DNA of 64,000 nucleotides from Nitrososphaerota archaeon (GCA_028867755.1 JAGWFT010000001.1:484727-548726), one strand, 5' to 3'. Counted from the stretch's first letter, positions 29,757-39,473 are shown. Notes: generated by a model from the letters alone, not told the origin. A program made the numbers and translations.

Positions 29757-30230
29757 TTGAGCGTTCCAACATCAAGCCACGCATATGGAATAGCATTGAT
29801 TGCAGTTATAGTGGGAGCAGCAGTTGGCATTTCGTACTATCAACAATACTATATTCCAGAATTTAATGCCAAACCAATCATTTCAGAGAAAATTCTACAA
29901 CCTGGTAGTACTACAAATATAGTCATAGTTCCTGGAGCTGAAAACCCACAACAACAACAGAATTTTGTGCCAAATAAAATTACAGCTCAACTTGGTGTAA
30001 GTAATATAGTAGTCTGGAAAAATACCAGTGATTCAGCTGCACATACAGTTACACCAGATAAACCCTTCAAAGATCTATACAGCGGTGCTTTTGGTTCAAA
30101 CGGTGTAATACTTCCTGGGAAAACATATCAATTTCTCTTCACGCAGGAAGCCCAAATCACATATCATTGTGATCCACATCCATGGATGAAAGGCGAGATT
30201 GACGTAGTTCACGGCGCACTAACATCCTAG
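29757..30230 (+). CDS. Membrane-anchored plastocyanin-like cupredoxin (complex III-associated)
   Basis: N-terminal TM; type-1 copper ligands HTVT...YHCDPHPWM. Confidence 0.92.
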   Translation: MSVPTSSHAYGIALIAVIVGAAVGISYYQQYYIPEFNAKPIISEKILQPGSTTNIVIVPGAENPQQQQNFVPNKITAQLGVSNIVVWKNTSDSAAHTVTPDKPFKDLYSGAFGSNGVILPGKTYQFLFTQEAQITYHCDPHPWMKGEIDVVHGALTS

Positions 30231-30258
30231 CAAGCCATAAAAAATCCAAATCTATAAC

Positions 30259-30609
30259 TCAAGGAACTAATTTTACAAAAAGAATTACACTTTCTATCTC
30301 TTTGTGTTCCTGTATTATTGAAGCTCTGAACTTCACATCATGGGGTTCTTTTGGTTCAAACTCGATTGAAGCTGTGAATTCTACTGAATTTTGTAACATA
30401 TCATTTCTATTGATAAATAGGCGTGAGACATTTTGTGAAATTGTCTTGTTATTGTATGATCTATAAACTATGAGTTCATTAGAATTCAATATCTGTGTAT
30501 TTACAACCACCCCATCATATCTACCAGGATAATTTACTTGAATTCTGGCTTTGATTATTTCATGAGATTTAATGTTTGAATTTTCTAATTCTAGCTCTAT
30601 ATCTTTCAT
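30259..30609 (-). CDS. Hypothetical beta-rich protein
   Basis: Likely start MKDIELEL at 30609; the ORF-track extension to 30753 looks non-coding. Confidence 0.7.
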   Translation of the reverse strand: MKDIELELENSNIKSHEIIKARIQVNYPGRYDGVVVNTQILNSNELIVYRSYNNKTISQNVSRLFINRNDMLQNSVEFTASIEFEPKEPHDVKFRASIIQEHKEIESVILFVKLVP

Positions 30610-30707
30610 AGTATGAGTCCAAATTTGAAGATAATAAATTGTAGTAATGCTATAATTTTTTTTAAAATAATGTTCCAAAACCATGTAATCTCGAAAGGTT
30701 AGATAGA

Positions 30708-30860
30708 TCAGTTTTGGTGTGTTTGCACAATTTTTGATTTTGGAGTACCACACAAATCTGTTGGTTCTTGATTAACAGTTAGATCAAATCCAAGATTAAG
30801 CCCATTTTTTCCAAACTGGAACCCAAAAAGCACTTGGATTTCCACCGTCTTCTTAGGCAA
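30708..30860 (-). CDS. Possible 50-aa small protein
   Basis: TTG at 30860 gives MPKKTVEIQVLFGFQFGKNGLNLGFDLTVNQEPTDLCGTPKSKIVQTHQN, ending TGA at 30708. The segment is visibly less AT-rich than its flanks. Confidence 0.4.
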   Translation of the reverse strand: MPKKTVEIQVLFGFQFGKNGLNLGFDLTVNQEPTDLCGTPKSKIVQTHQN

Positions 30861-30882
30861 TAGACTGAAAACTCAAGATTGT

Positions 30883-31653
30883 ATGAACTTGTTTCGAGCA
30901 TTGATTACGTCCATGTTTTTGGTTACCCTGATTGGTGCCAATACCACAGCTTTTGCTGTTTCCTCACCAACAATGTTAAGCATACAACCAAGTCACAAAA
31001 TGATTGATGTTAACAACATTGTACCTGTCATTTGTTATCTTAGTCCTACGATAATCAAACCAAGTGAGAATCTATCTATCAAGGTCTTTGATCCCTTGGG
31101 ACAATTGTATTATTCTGATTCTCTTAATCTGACTAACAACGCGGTTGCAGCTGGTACCTATAACTATGGTTTTGATTTTAATGGAAAACCTGCAGCGCCG
31201 GGAAATTATGAAATCATGGCATCATACGGTTCCTATGATGCTGAAACACTTGTAACTTACCTTTCGGGAAACAATGATCCAAATGTCTATTATTCATATC
31301 TTGTACAAATTGCAGACCAGACTCACCCTATAAGATATAAAACTACTCAGGGAAGCGAAGTAGAATCCATGTCTGTCACTCCAACTTCAAACTTGTTACA
31401 AGTTGTTGTTGACTCAAGTGTGGATAACGGCACATTGATGCTCGAAGTTCCTAGATCTGTGACTGATGCTAAGCAAAACGGTAATGATGTTAATTATGTA
31501 GTATTGATGAGCCAAGGAACAATAGTTCTTTCCAAGACTCCAGCGCATTTTACAGAAATAAATAGTTCCTTTGATACCAGAACCTTGCAGATTGATCTTG
31601 AAAAAGGCATAAAAGAAATTTGGATATACGGTACACAAGCAGGATCACAATAA
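30883..31653 (+). CDS. Secreted thaumarchaeal surface-type protein
   Basis: Signal peptide (…TTAFA). The C-terminal domain (GTLMLEVPRSVTDA...RTLQIDLEKGIKEIWIYGT) resembles the domain preceding PEFG-CTERM tails. Confidence 0.75.
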   Translation: MNLFRALITSMFLVTLIGANTTAFAVSSPTMLSIQPSHKMIDVNNIVPVICYLSPTIIKPSENLSIKVFDPLGQLYYSDSLNLTNNAVAAGTYNYGFDFNGKPAAPGNYEIMASYGSYDAETLVTYLSGNNDPNVYYSYLVQIADQTHPIRYKTTQGSEVESMSVTPTSNLLQVVVDSSVDNGTLMLEVPRSVTDAKQNGNDVNYVVLMSQGTIVLSKTPAHFTEINSSFDTRTLQIDLEKGIKEIWIYGTQAGSQ

Positions 31654-31688
31654 AATTAGATGTAGTAATCTTCAAGCAACTGATTAAA

Positions 31689-31763
31689 CGGGCCCGAAGG
31701 GCTTCGATCCCTTGACCACTGGATTAGAAGTCCAGCACTCTGTCCATGCTGAGCTACAGGCCC
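31689..31763 (-). tRNA. tRNA-Arg(TCT)
   Basis: GGGCCTG/CGGGCCC acceptor stem, CTGGA-CT-TCT-AA-TCCAG anticodon arm, AAGGG-ATCGAAG-CCCTT T-arm. Confidence 0.95.
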
Positions 31764-31798
31764 AACTACCGGAAAATTAGTAGCCATATTAAGGGTTT

Positions 31799-32644
31799 TT
31801 ACAACCATTTTTTTTTGTTGAGATCTCTTTCCATTTTGAAAAGAAATTGTTGTGAATATCCAGCATAAGGACCAAAATATTCTACAATTTTTTCGTGTAG
31901 ATGTGTATATTTTTTTTCTGTTAGAGATTTTCCATGTGTGATATCAAATATTTCTGGATAATATTTTTGTAAAATTCTCTGTGTCCATCTATCTATGGGA
32001 AATGATTCTAATTTATCAAGTGAAAACAAAAGTATGCAATCTGCAATTTTATTACCAATACCTTGTACTGTCTTTAGCATATCTTGGGCTGTTCTGTAAT
32101 CTGTTTTTCTTAGGGCCTCAAACTCTATCTTCCCAGAGTTTACTGCTTTAGCAGCTTCTCTTACATATTTTGCTCTGAACCCAAGTCCACATGAAAGCAA
32201 ATCTTTGATGGTAGCATTTGCTAATGTTCCTGCACTGGGAAAAGTAGAAAATTGATGGTTTTCAAATTCTACTTTGTTGCCAAATTTTCTGCAGAGCCTT
32301 GTCAGCATATTTTTGATGTTTCGTATTGACGAGTTCGATGAGCATATGAATGAAATATAACATTGAAAAGGGTCTTGCCGCATCAACCTCAAGCCTGGAA
32401 ATTGTTCTACCGCGGTTCTAACAAGAGTGTCTTTGTTTATGCTTGATAATATCTTGCTCATGTTATCGCCATGCCTAAAAAAATATCTGGCATTTTTTGA
32501 AGACGAAACTATCCGGAAAGGCTCTGCTATGACTAAAAGTTCGCCCCCGTTAACGCCAAACCATGCATCCCCAATTTTTTCCCAGAGAAATGTTTGGCCG
32601 CTATTAATTGTAAAATCTAGGTTTATTGTAGATTTATTCTGCAT
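31799..32644 (-). CDS. 8-oxoguanine DNA glycosylase (OGG1-like, HhH-GPD)
   Basis: TINSGQTF, LRLMRQDPF, GLGFRAKY, GIGNKIADC, FPIDRW, YAGYSQQFLF. Confidence 0.92.
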   Translation of the reverse strand: MQNKSTINLDFTINSGQTFLWEKIGDAWFGVNGGELLVIAEPFRIVSSSKNARYFFRHGDNMSKILSSINKDTLVRTAVEQFPGLRLMRQDPFQCYISFICSSNSSIRNIKNMLTRLCRKFGNKVEFENHQFSTFPSAGTLANATIKDLLSCGLGFRAKYVREAAKAVNSGKIEFEALRKTDYRTAQDMLKTVQGIGNKIADCILLFSLDKLESFPIDRWTQRILQKYYPEIFDITHGKSLTEKKYTHLHEKIVEYFGPYAGYSQQFLFKMERDLNKKKWL

Positions 32645-32645
32645 G

Positions 32646-33920
32646 TTATACCGTGATTATTTCTCCAGCATTAGGTGCATGGGCCTCAAATCCAAATCTT
32701 TCATGTATCTCTTCAGCAAATTTTGTACATGACTGGTCGTCACCATGAATTGTGAGAACCTTTGGGGTCCCTTTGATTTTTTTTATAAAGTCAAAAAGAG
32801 CAGTTCTGTCGGCATGACCAGAAAATTCAAACTGTCTTACATCTGCTTCTGCTCTGACCTCTTTACCCCGTATACTTACTAGACCTTTTTCCAAAAGCTT
32901 TCTTCCTGGAGTTTTTTCTCCTTGATAAGAGACTAAAGCTATGCCATTTTTTTTGTCAAGAGCTAGATTTTGTAAATAAAACACGGCAGAACCTCCAACC
33001 AACATGCCAGCAGGTGAAATTATCACTGCTGGTTCATCTAACATATTTTTTCTTTCCCTTTCTCCCCTCACCCAAACTGCGTGATTTACAGAATCTGCAA
33101 AGACCTCAGCATCGCGCAAATATTCTGGATATTTTAACATTATTTCATTTACCTTCACTGCCATGCCATCCATGACAACTTTGTGTTTGAATTTAGCATT
33201 TTTTAATATAACAGCTATTTCTTGTGATCTTTCCACAGAAAAAGCTGGAACAAAAAGTGTTCCCTTTCTATCCAAAACTTCATATGCAAATTCAATGAAT
33301 TTTTCTTCTGCTTCAAGACGTGGCATCTGATCTGTTTGGGAGTAAGTACTTTCTGTAATTAACAAATCAATCTCACCTAGATCAAGATCTGCCTCTCTTA
33401 ACATGCGTGATCCCTTGGGATTGATATCTCCAGTATAGAACAGTCTTTTATTTTGTGATTCTACAAGAACAGAAGCTCCACCTAACACATGACCAGATTC
33501 GCGTAGCTCAAAGGAGGCATTCCCGCGAGTTATCTTCTCTCTATATTTGATTTCCTTTGAGTGCATCATCATTTTAGCAACCTCCGACAGGTCAAAAGGC
33601 AGGTTACTTTTTTCAAGCCTTATCATGTCTTCTATCAATAATCTTGAAAGGTCAAAAGTTGGGGGGGTTGCATAGACATCTGTACTACCATGCACAAAAA
33701 GTGCAGGTACGTTACCTGAATGGTCTAGATGTGCGTGGGTTATGATGGCAGCGTTAATGTCCTGAGGGTTTACTTGTAGCGGATAAGCCGACTCTCTTCC
33801 TAGCTCCACTCCATAATCTAACAAGAAATTTACCCCATCACAATCGATTTGAAAGGCGGATCGGCCTACTTCTCTTGCCGCACCTAGGACTTTGACCTGC
33901 AAGAGTTGAAATCTTTTCAA
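32646..33920 (-). CDS. Beta-CASP metallo-beta-lactamase ribonuclease (aCPSF-like)
   Basis: GAAREVGRS, THAHLDH, SGHVLG, YTGD, ESTY, FSVERSQE, FSGHAD. Confidence 0.93.
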   Translation of the reverse strand: MKRFQLLQVKVLGAAREVGRSAFQIDCDGVNFLLDYGVELGRESAYPLQVNPQDINAAIITHAHLDHSGNVPALFVHGSTDVYATPPTFDLSRLLIEDMIRLEKSNLPFDLSEVAKMMMHSKEIKYREKITRGNASFELRESGHVLGGASVLVESQNKRLFYTGDINPKGSRMLREADLDLGEIDLLITESTYSQTDQMPRLEAEEKFIEFAYEVLDRKGTLFVPAFSVERSQEIAVILKNAKFKHKVVMDGMAVKVNEIMLKYPEYLRDAEVFADSVNHAVWVRGERERKNMLDEPAVIISPAGMLVGGSAVFYLQNLALDKKNGIALVSYQGEKTPGRKLLEKGLVSIRGKEVRAEADVRQFEFSGHADRTALFDFIKKIKGTPKVLTIHGDDQSCTKFAEEIHERFGFEAHAPNAGEIITV

Positions 33921-34019
33921 AGTACCTTTAAACGTTTAGCGTTTGGGAAAACTAAAGTCGTTATATTATCTGTGTAATTTACAAAAGACTTAATTATATG
34001 AATCAAAACTGATCTGAGC

Positions 34020-34241
34020 ATGGGTAGAACCTTTGAACAATGGTGGAGTACTATCCCAAAAGATCTTCGAGACAAAGTCCGAAGAGGCGATGAGGGAAAC
34101 AAACCATTATTGAACCAGATAAATTGGATTTGGGTTCACAATATGATGAATCAAAAAGGAGATCTAAATCCTACATCCGCAGAATTGCTAGACTGGGTAA
34201 CATCAGGCCAGATTGAAGCAATGCGCCAAATAAAGAAGTAA
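34020..34241 (+). CDS. Small hypothetical protein
   Basis: 73-aa Trp-rich ORF (MGRTFEQWWSTIPKDLR...) followed by a T-rich tract. Confidence 0.75.
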   Translation: MGRTFEQWWSTIPKDLRDKVRRGDEGNKPLLNQINWIWVHNMMNQKGDLNPTSAELLDWVTSGQIEAMRQIKK

Positions 34242-34251
34242 ATTTCAAATT

Positions 34252-34280
34252 ATACTTTCTTTTTGTTTTTCTTTTATTCT
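34252..34280 (+). terminator. T-rich archaeal terminator-like tract
   Basis: TTTCTTTTTGTTTTTCTTTT directly after the stop at 34241. Confidence 0.5.
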
Positions 34281-34360
34281 CTGTCGTGAAATAATTCTAT
34301 AACTCCGTTATGAATTTTGCAGATAGTTTAAATAGCAAACGGTAGATGATCAAAATCAGA

Positions 34361-34663
34361 ATGCCAATAGCAATCATTCCAGACATCGATGAACAGAGAT
34401 GTATAGGCTGCGCACTTTGCGTAGAGATCTGTACTTCTCTTGGCCCAGACGTTCTTCGTGTAAAGCCTGTTGAAGGCTGGAAGAGAGGTAAAGCATTTGT
34501 GTTCTATCCAGAGAGATGTATCTCAGACGGCGCATGCATAGGTGTATGCCCAACAAAGGCAATCTTCTGGATGAGACCAATGAGTTACACACCTGGTCAA
34601 CCAGTTCCTCTCCACAAGAATGGTATCTTCGTAAAAGGCTGGGCAGAAGACGCTGCACTTTAA
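34361..34663 (+). CDS. Dicluster ferredoxin
   Basis: CIGCALCVEIC and CISDGACIGVCP motifs; start MPIAII at 34361. Confidence 0.93.
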   Translation: MPIAIIPDIDEQRCIGCALCVEICTSLGPDVLRVKPVEGWKRGKAFVFYPERCISDGACIGVCPTKAIFWMRPMSYTPGQPVPLHKNGIFVKGWAEDAAL

Positions 34664-34687
34664 GCGAAACCGTTCTTCCATTTTTTC

Positions 34688-36202
34688 TTATTTTTTAAAA
34701 TTGAAAAATTTAACCTTCTTTTTGATCTGTTTTGCGTGATGCTTTAGAAAATCATCATTTGTAACATAAATCGTTTTGAATTTGTTTTGTTTAAGGAATA
34801 TATCCAAAGTCTTAGCAAATTCAGAAAACTCCTCTTTGTTATATTGTGAATTAGACATTACGTAATGCGCTGCAGGATAAATGTCTGAAAGTTCTAGAGG
34901 TATTATTCCTAGATATGGATTATACTGGCAGAACTGAGTAGAATCTGCAATATTTGCAAATCTCTTTTTTATTTTGTTGTATTCTTTTGATAGGTAAAAT
35001 GGCCTCATGCTGCCATCTGGAATAATTACTAGATTTGGTTTTGTTGTCTTAAATTTTCTTACCATGCTATGAAATCTAGATAGTTCAGGCCTGAATTGGT
35101 CTTCTTTTGAAAACAAGAATACTGCATTTTCCTTGAACCTAGGAGTATTTTCGATAAGAAACGGAGTGTTTGAGGTAAGAACAGATATGATTTCATAGAG
35201 TTTTGGGTGTGCACGTGCCTTCTTTAGCACATATTCCCACAACCGTCCTTCATGAATGGATTCTTTTACTCTATCGACTTCAGCCTTTATAGAATAAAGA
35301 TTGTGTAAAGCAATGCTGTTTATTTTTTCATCTCTAGGAAGCAATTGTATCTCCTTTGGCTTGTATTTGCTACATGTTTCGCAGGTACATGAGAAATATG
35401 ATATTTCATTAAGATGGGCTGTACCGTCTTCCATGATGTACCTATCATGCTTTGCATATAGCATATAGGAAGCAGAATCAAAGGTATCGCAGCCAAGAGC
35501 AACGGCCAGAGAAATTGTAAGGGGATGGCCTGCTCCAAAGAGATGAAGTGGAATTGAATCCGGCATCTCTTTTTTTGCTGCAATTATCATTTTTGCCAAA
35601 AGCTTGTATTCGTATGATTCCATGAATTCTACTGGGCTTCCTAGTGCCAGCATTTGAAAACCATATTTTACTAATGCTCTAGTTGATTCTTTGACCAGAT
35701 CTGAATACTCGCTTCCCTGTATTGGTCCTATCCATATCTGCCCGTTGTCATCTCTTGTCTCCAGAGTTTCCTTTGAAACCTTCAGAGTGTGATTGACATA
35801 TTCTCTTGCTTTCTTTTTTGTTAAACCAAAACCTGTTGGTTTATCAAGAGGAATGGCAAAATCTGTCGAGATTCTTTTCTCAAATGATGCCATGGTCTTA
35901 TAGTTTACATCTATATCTCCATATTCTAGAACTTGGTAACCGCCAGAGTCTGTCATCACTGCACCATCATAACCAATTATTCCGTGAATTCCTTTTTTTA
36001 CTGCATCATCACCGTGTTGTTTTAACGTGATAAACGCATTTGTTATGACAAGATCAAAGCCCATCTCTCGAATTTTTTTTGCAGGTATTGACTGTCGCAC
36101 AGGGTGAATTACTGGCACATATGCAGGTGTTTCAATTTTACCGTGATTAGTGTGTAAAATTCCTATTCTTCCTGATAGATCCGATTTCTTTATCTCAAAC
36201 AT
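34688..36202 (-). CDS. tgtA: Archaeosine tRNA-guanine(15) transglycosylase
   Basis: ETPAYVPV, TDSGGYQ, GPIQG, HLFGAGHP, DTFDSASY, Zn site CTCETC...HNL. Confidence 0.93.
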   Translation of the reverse strand: MFEIKKSDLSGRIGILHTNHGKIETPAYVPVIHPVRQSIPAKKIREMGFDLVITNAFITLKQHGDDAVKKGIHGIIGYDGAVMTDSGGYQVLEYGDIDVNYKTMASFEKRISTDFAIPLDKPTGFGLTKKKAREYVNHTLKVSKETLETRDDNGQIWIGPIQGSEYSDLVKESTRALVKYGFQMLALGSPVEFMESYEYKLLAKMIIAAKKEMPDSIPLHLFGAGHPLTISLAVALGCDTFDSASYMLYAKHDRYIMEDGTAHLNEISYFSCTCETCSKYKPKEIQLLPRDEKINSIALHNLYSIKAEVDRVKESIHEGRLWEYVLKKARAHPKLYEIISVLTSNTPFLIENTPRFKENAVFLFSKEDQFRPELSRFHSMVRKFKTTKPNLVIIPDGSMRPFYLSKEYNKIKKRFANIADSTQFCQYNPYLGIIPLELSDIYPAAHYVMSNSQYNKEEFSEFAKTLDIFLKQNKFKTIYVTNDDFLKHHAKQIKKKVKFFNFKK

Positions 36203-36236
36203 TTCATATTTTGATTTAACATGACGTAATTTGAAC

Positions 36237-36788
36237 CTAGTATGGGAAAAATCTCTTCAGATCGTTTTTCTCTGAAACTATTTTTAACCAGTCAATATCG
36301 CTTTTCTCTGTTTTACCTTTCGCAAAAAGAGACTCAATTTTCTTTACTGTACTAGATATGGATTCATTAGTAGTGTCAAACTGAAATGTTTTCTTACGTC
36401 CAATGTTTTTTATTGTATCATAATATGTGATTCCTATTATTTCACTACCTAAATTTTCAAGAGATTTTTTCTTGTTATACTTTCTTTTTTTGTAAACACG
36501 TTCCAAGTTGTATGGATTACGCCTCAATACGACTGCAATCTCAACCTTGTTTTTCGAAATAATGTAAGGAGCTAGGTGTCCTACAAGCAAAGCATTACTT
36601 GGCATATTATTGTTTAAAATTTTCTTTAGTTTTCTAACATCCACATCAAATACTTGGCCATTTTTTTCAGCGGCGCCTTCACTTATTGCTATTTTATTTA
36701 TATCTACTAGTTCTAACTTGAGATTTTTTGCAAGTATTTTTGCCACTGTGTGTTTTCCTGTTCCAGGATTACCGGTTATTATCCTCAA
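36237..36788 (-). CDS. Atypical adenylate kinase (AK6/Fap7 family)
   Basis: TGNPGTGKHT P-loop, VGHLA (hhhDGH-like), LRRNP. Confidence 0.88.
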   Translation of the reverse strand: MRIITGNPGTGKHTVAKILAKNLKLELVDINKIAISEGAAEKNGQVFDVDVRKLKKILNNNMPSNALLVGHLAPYIISKNKVEIAVVLRRNPYNLERVYKKRKYNKKKSLENLGSEIIGITYYDTIKNIGRKKTFQFDTTNESISSTVKKIESLFAKGKTEKSDIDWLKIVSEKNDLKRFFPY

Positions 36789-36861
36789 CGAATAGATTGA
36801 TAGACAAATTCAATTAAACACTTCTGCAATACTAATAAGAGCAAGATTCAAAGTATTTTTC

Positions 36862-38052
36862 ATGCAGATCGGGCTATTGGGCAAGACCAATGTCGGAAAA
36901 TCCACATTCTTCTCAGCTGCCACTCAAACTACTGCTCAGATTGGAAATTACCCATTTACTACAATTGAACCTAATGTTGGCATTGCTTATGTTAAAACTG
37001 AATGTGCGTGCAAACATTTTGGAATAAATCATGTTCATCAGTTATGTGTGCAAGGAACTAGGTATATTCCCGTGAAACTAATTGATGTAGCAGGTCTTGT
37101 TCCTGGGGCTCATGAGGGAAAAGGATTGGGAAATAAATTTCTAGATGATGCAAGACAAGCAGAAGTATTGATTCATGTAGTGGATGCTTCTGGTTCAACG
37201 GATATACAAGGGCAACCAGTTCCAGCTGGAACTCATAGTCCACTTGAGGATGTAAAGTTTGTTGAAGAAGAATTCGACCAATGGATGAAACAAATACTTC
37301 AGAGGGAATGGCACAAATTAACAAGGGAGCTAGAAAGCAAAAGTGGAAAAATTATTCACGCAATCACTCAAAGGTTTAGTGGACTTGGAATAATAGAATA
37401 TGATATTGAGACTGTTTTACACCATTTGAATTTGCAGATCAAAAAGCCTCTGGATTGGACTGAGAGCGATATTTTGTCATTTGTGAAGGAATTGAGAAAG
37501 AGAACTAGACCAATTATAATTGCCGCCAACAAATCTGATCTTTGCCACGACTTGAGCATCTTAGACGAGTTAAAAAAAATACATAATACTATAGCTTGTA
37601 GTGCAGAAACCGAATTGTTATTGAGAAAAGCTGCAAAAGGGGGTCTAATAGACTATATTCCAGGAGAAAAAGATTTTAAAATAAAAGGAACAAATCTTAG
37701 CACGCAGCAACAAAAAGCGCTAGATTTGGCTCAAAATGTATTGTCCAAGATTGGAGGTACCGGGGTTCAACAAATTTTGGATTATGCCTGTTTTGATCTC
37801 TTAAAATTAATTACAGTGTTTCCAGTAGAGGATGAGTCAAAACTGTCAAACAAGAATGGTGAGATCTTACCAGATGCAAGGCTGCTTCCAGTAGGGTCTA
37901 CTACAAAAGATCTTGCCAGAACTGTTCATGAAGACCTAGCAAAAGGATTCCTTTATGCAGTAGATGCCAAGACAAAACAACGAGTAGGAGCAGAACATCA
38001 ATTAAAAAATGGAGACGTACTAAAAATAATGTCAACTCTAAATAGAGGATAA
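36862..38052 (+). CDS. ychF: YchF/Ola1-related OBG-family NTPase with TGS domain
   Basis: GKTNVGKS, NYPFTTIEPN, DVAGLVPGAHEGKGLGNKFL, ANKSD, TGS domain. Confidence 0.93.
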   Translation: MQIGLLGKTNVGKSTFFSAATQTTAQIGNYPFTTIEPNVGIAYVKTECACKHFGINHVHQLCVQGTRYIPVKLIDVAGLVPGAHEGKGLGNKFLDDARQAEVLIHVVDASGSTDIQGQPVPAGTHSPLEDVKFVEEEFDQWMKQILQREWHKLTRELESKSGKIIHAITQRFSGLGIIEYDIETVLHHLNLQIKKPLDWTESDILSFVKELRKRTRPIIIAANKSDLCHDLSILDELKKIHNTIACSAETELLLRKAAKGGLIDYIPGEKDFKIKGTNLSTQQQKALDLAQNVLSKIGGTGVQQILDYACFDLLKLITVFPVEDESKLSNKNGEILPDARLLPVGSTTKDLARTVHEDLAKGFLYAVDAKTKQRVGAEHQLKNGDVLKIMSTLNRG

Positions 38053-38053
38053 T

Positions 38054-39037
38054 ATGATCTGTTTGGGAATTGAAAGCACTGCTCATACTTTTTCATGTGC
38101 TATTATTGAGAAAAGAGGAAAAAATGGAAAAATTCTGTCAGATATCAGAAAGATATACAGGCCACCTGAAGGTGAGGGAATACACCCAAGAGAAGCATCT
38201 CGTCACCATGCTGAAAACTCTCCACAGGTGCTCTCAGAATGTTTGAATAAAGCTGATGTGAAAATTACTGACCTTGATATGGTGTCATATGCAGCAGGAC
38301 CAGGTCTTGGCCCGTGCCTTAGAATTGGTGCGGTTGTAGCAAGATCCCTTTCTTCATACTATGGTATACCGGTATATCCAGTGAATCATGCCCTTGGTCA
38401 TATTGAGCTGGGCAAGATGCTTACTGGTGCAAAAGATCCTCTTGTTTTACTTGTATCAGGAGGTCATACTATGATTCTGGCATTTCTCGGTAAAAAGTGG
38501 AGAGTGTTTGGCGAAACATTAGATATAACGCTGGGGCAGTTGTTAGATCAAATTGGAAGACATGCAGGGTTTGCATCACCTTGCGGTTCAAAAATAGAGG
38601 AACTTGCATCAAAATCATCTAGTTATGAATATCTACCATATGTGGTTAAAGGAAATGATGTTTCCTTTTCGGGTCTTCTTTCTGCTACAAAAAGAATAAT
38701 TCCAAAAGGGCTTGAAGCTGCATGTTTTTCATTGCAAGAGACAGCATTTTCAATGATAGGTGAAGCTGTAGAACGAGCTTTATCGTTTACAGGAAAGAAA
38801 GAATTTCTAGTGGTGGGAGGGGTTGCAGCTAACAAAAGACTATCAGAAATTTTTCAAAGCATATGTAAAAGACACAATTGTAAATTCTTTGTGTCTCCAA
38901 AAGAATATTCAGGAGACTGTGGCTCTCAAATCTCTTGGGTTGGACTATTAGAGTCGTCAAAAAAGGCCGGAGCTAAATTAGAAAATACGTTTGTAAGACA
39001 ATCATGGAGACTAGATACTGTTGAAATACTCTATTGA
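38054..39037 (+). CDS. kae1: KEOPS t6A tRNA threonylcarbamoyltransferase Kae1
   Basis: GIESTAHT, GPGLGPCL, VNHALGHIE, VSGGHT, GGVAAN, GDCG. Confidence 0.96.
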   Translation: MICLGIESTAHTFSCAIIEKRGKNGKILSDIRKIYRPPEGEGIHPREASRHHAENSPQVLSECLNKADVKITDLDMVSYAAGPGLGPCLRIGAVVARSLSSYYGIPVYPVNHALGHIELGKMLTGAKDPLVLLVSGGHTMILAFLGKKWRVFGETLDITLGQLLDQIGRHAGFASPCGSKIEELASKSSSYEYLPYVVKGNDVSFSGLLSATKRIIPKGLEAACFSLQETAFSMIGEAVERALSFTGKKEFLVVGGVAANKRLSEIFQSICKRHNCKFFVSPKEYSGDCGSQISWVGLLESSKKAGAKLENTFVRQSWRLDTVEILY

Positions 39038-39357
39038 TCCTTATAGTTAGAAATAGCTTCTTTTACTGTTTTTTCCCATTTTCCTGTATTGAAGACGCCA
39101 AACTTGTACGTTTTTTCACCTTCATCAGTTTTGATTTTGATTCGAACTTTCTTCATAAATCGTCCTTCTTTGGCGACTTCGATGATATCTTCGAGTCTAG
39201 CTTCCATCACAGTGTCACCAAACTTCTTAGAAAAATCCATGATTCTTCCCTCTGTTTTATCAAAAGCTATTCTCATATTAGTGAGAGTGAGTATGCCTGG
39301 ACCCAGCGTATCCTCTGAACAATCTTCCTGCGTGATTTTTTTTTCATTTGGCTCCAT
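39031..39357 (-). CDS. Hypothetical protein, PH/GRAM-like
   Basis: GILTLTNMRIAF segment and terminal KWEKTVKEAI helix typical of PH-like folds (inferred). Confidence 0.7.
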   Translation of the reverse strand: MEPNEKKITQEDCSEDTLGPGILTLTNMRIAFDKTEGRIMDFSKKFGDTVMEARLEDIIEVAKEGRFMKKVRIKIKTDEGEKTYKFGVFNTGKWEKTVKEAISNYKDQ

Positions 39358-39473
39358 GATGTATTTTTTTTATTGTATGTTATAACTGTATACTATACAA
39401 TAATTAATCTAAAACTTTGATCTATAGTACACAACATGTCAATTGTATATGATTGTAACTTAAATTATGTCTA

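Noticed and set aside
30610-30753. GTG-initiated extension of the 30259 ORF
   Set aside because: It runs through an AT-rich spacer; the ATG at 30609 is the more plausible start
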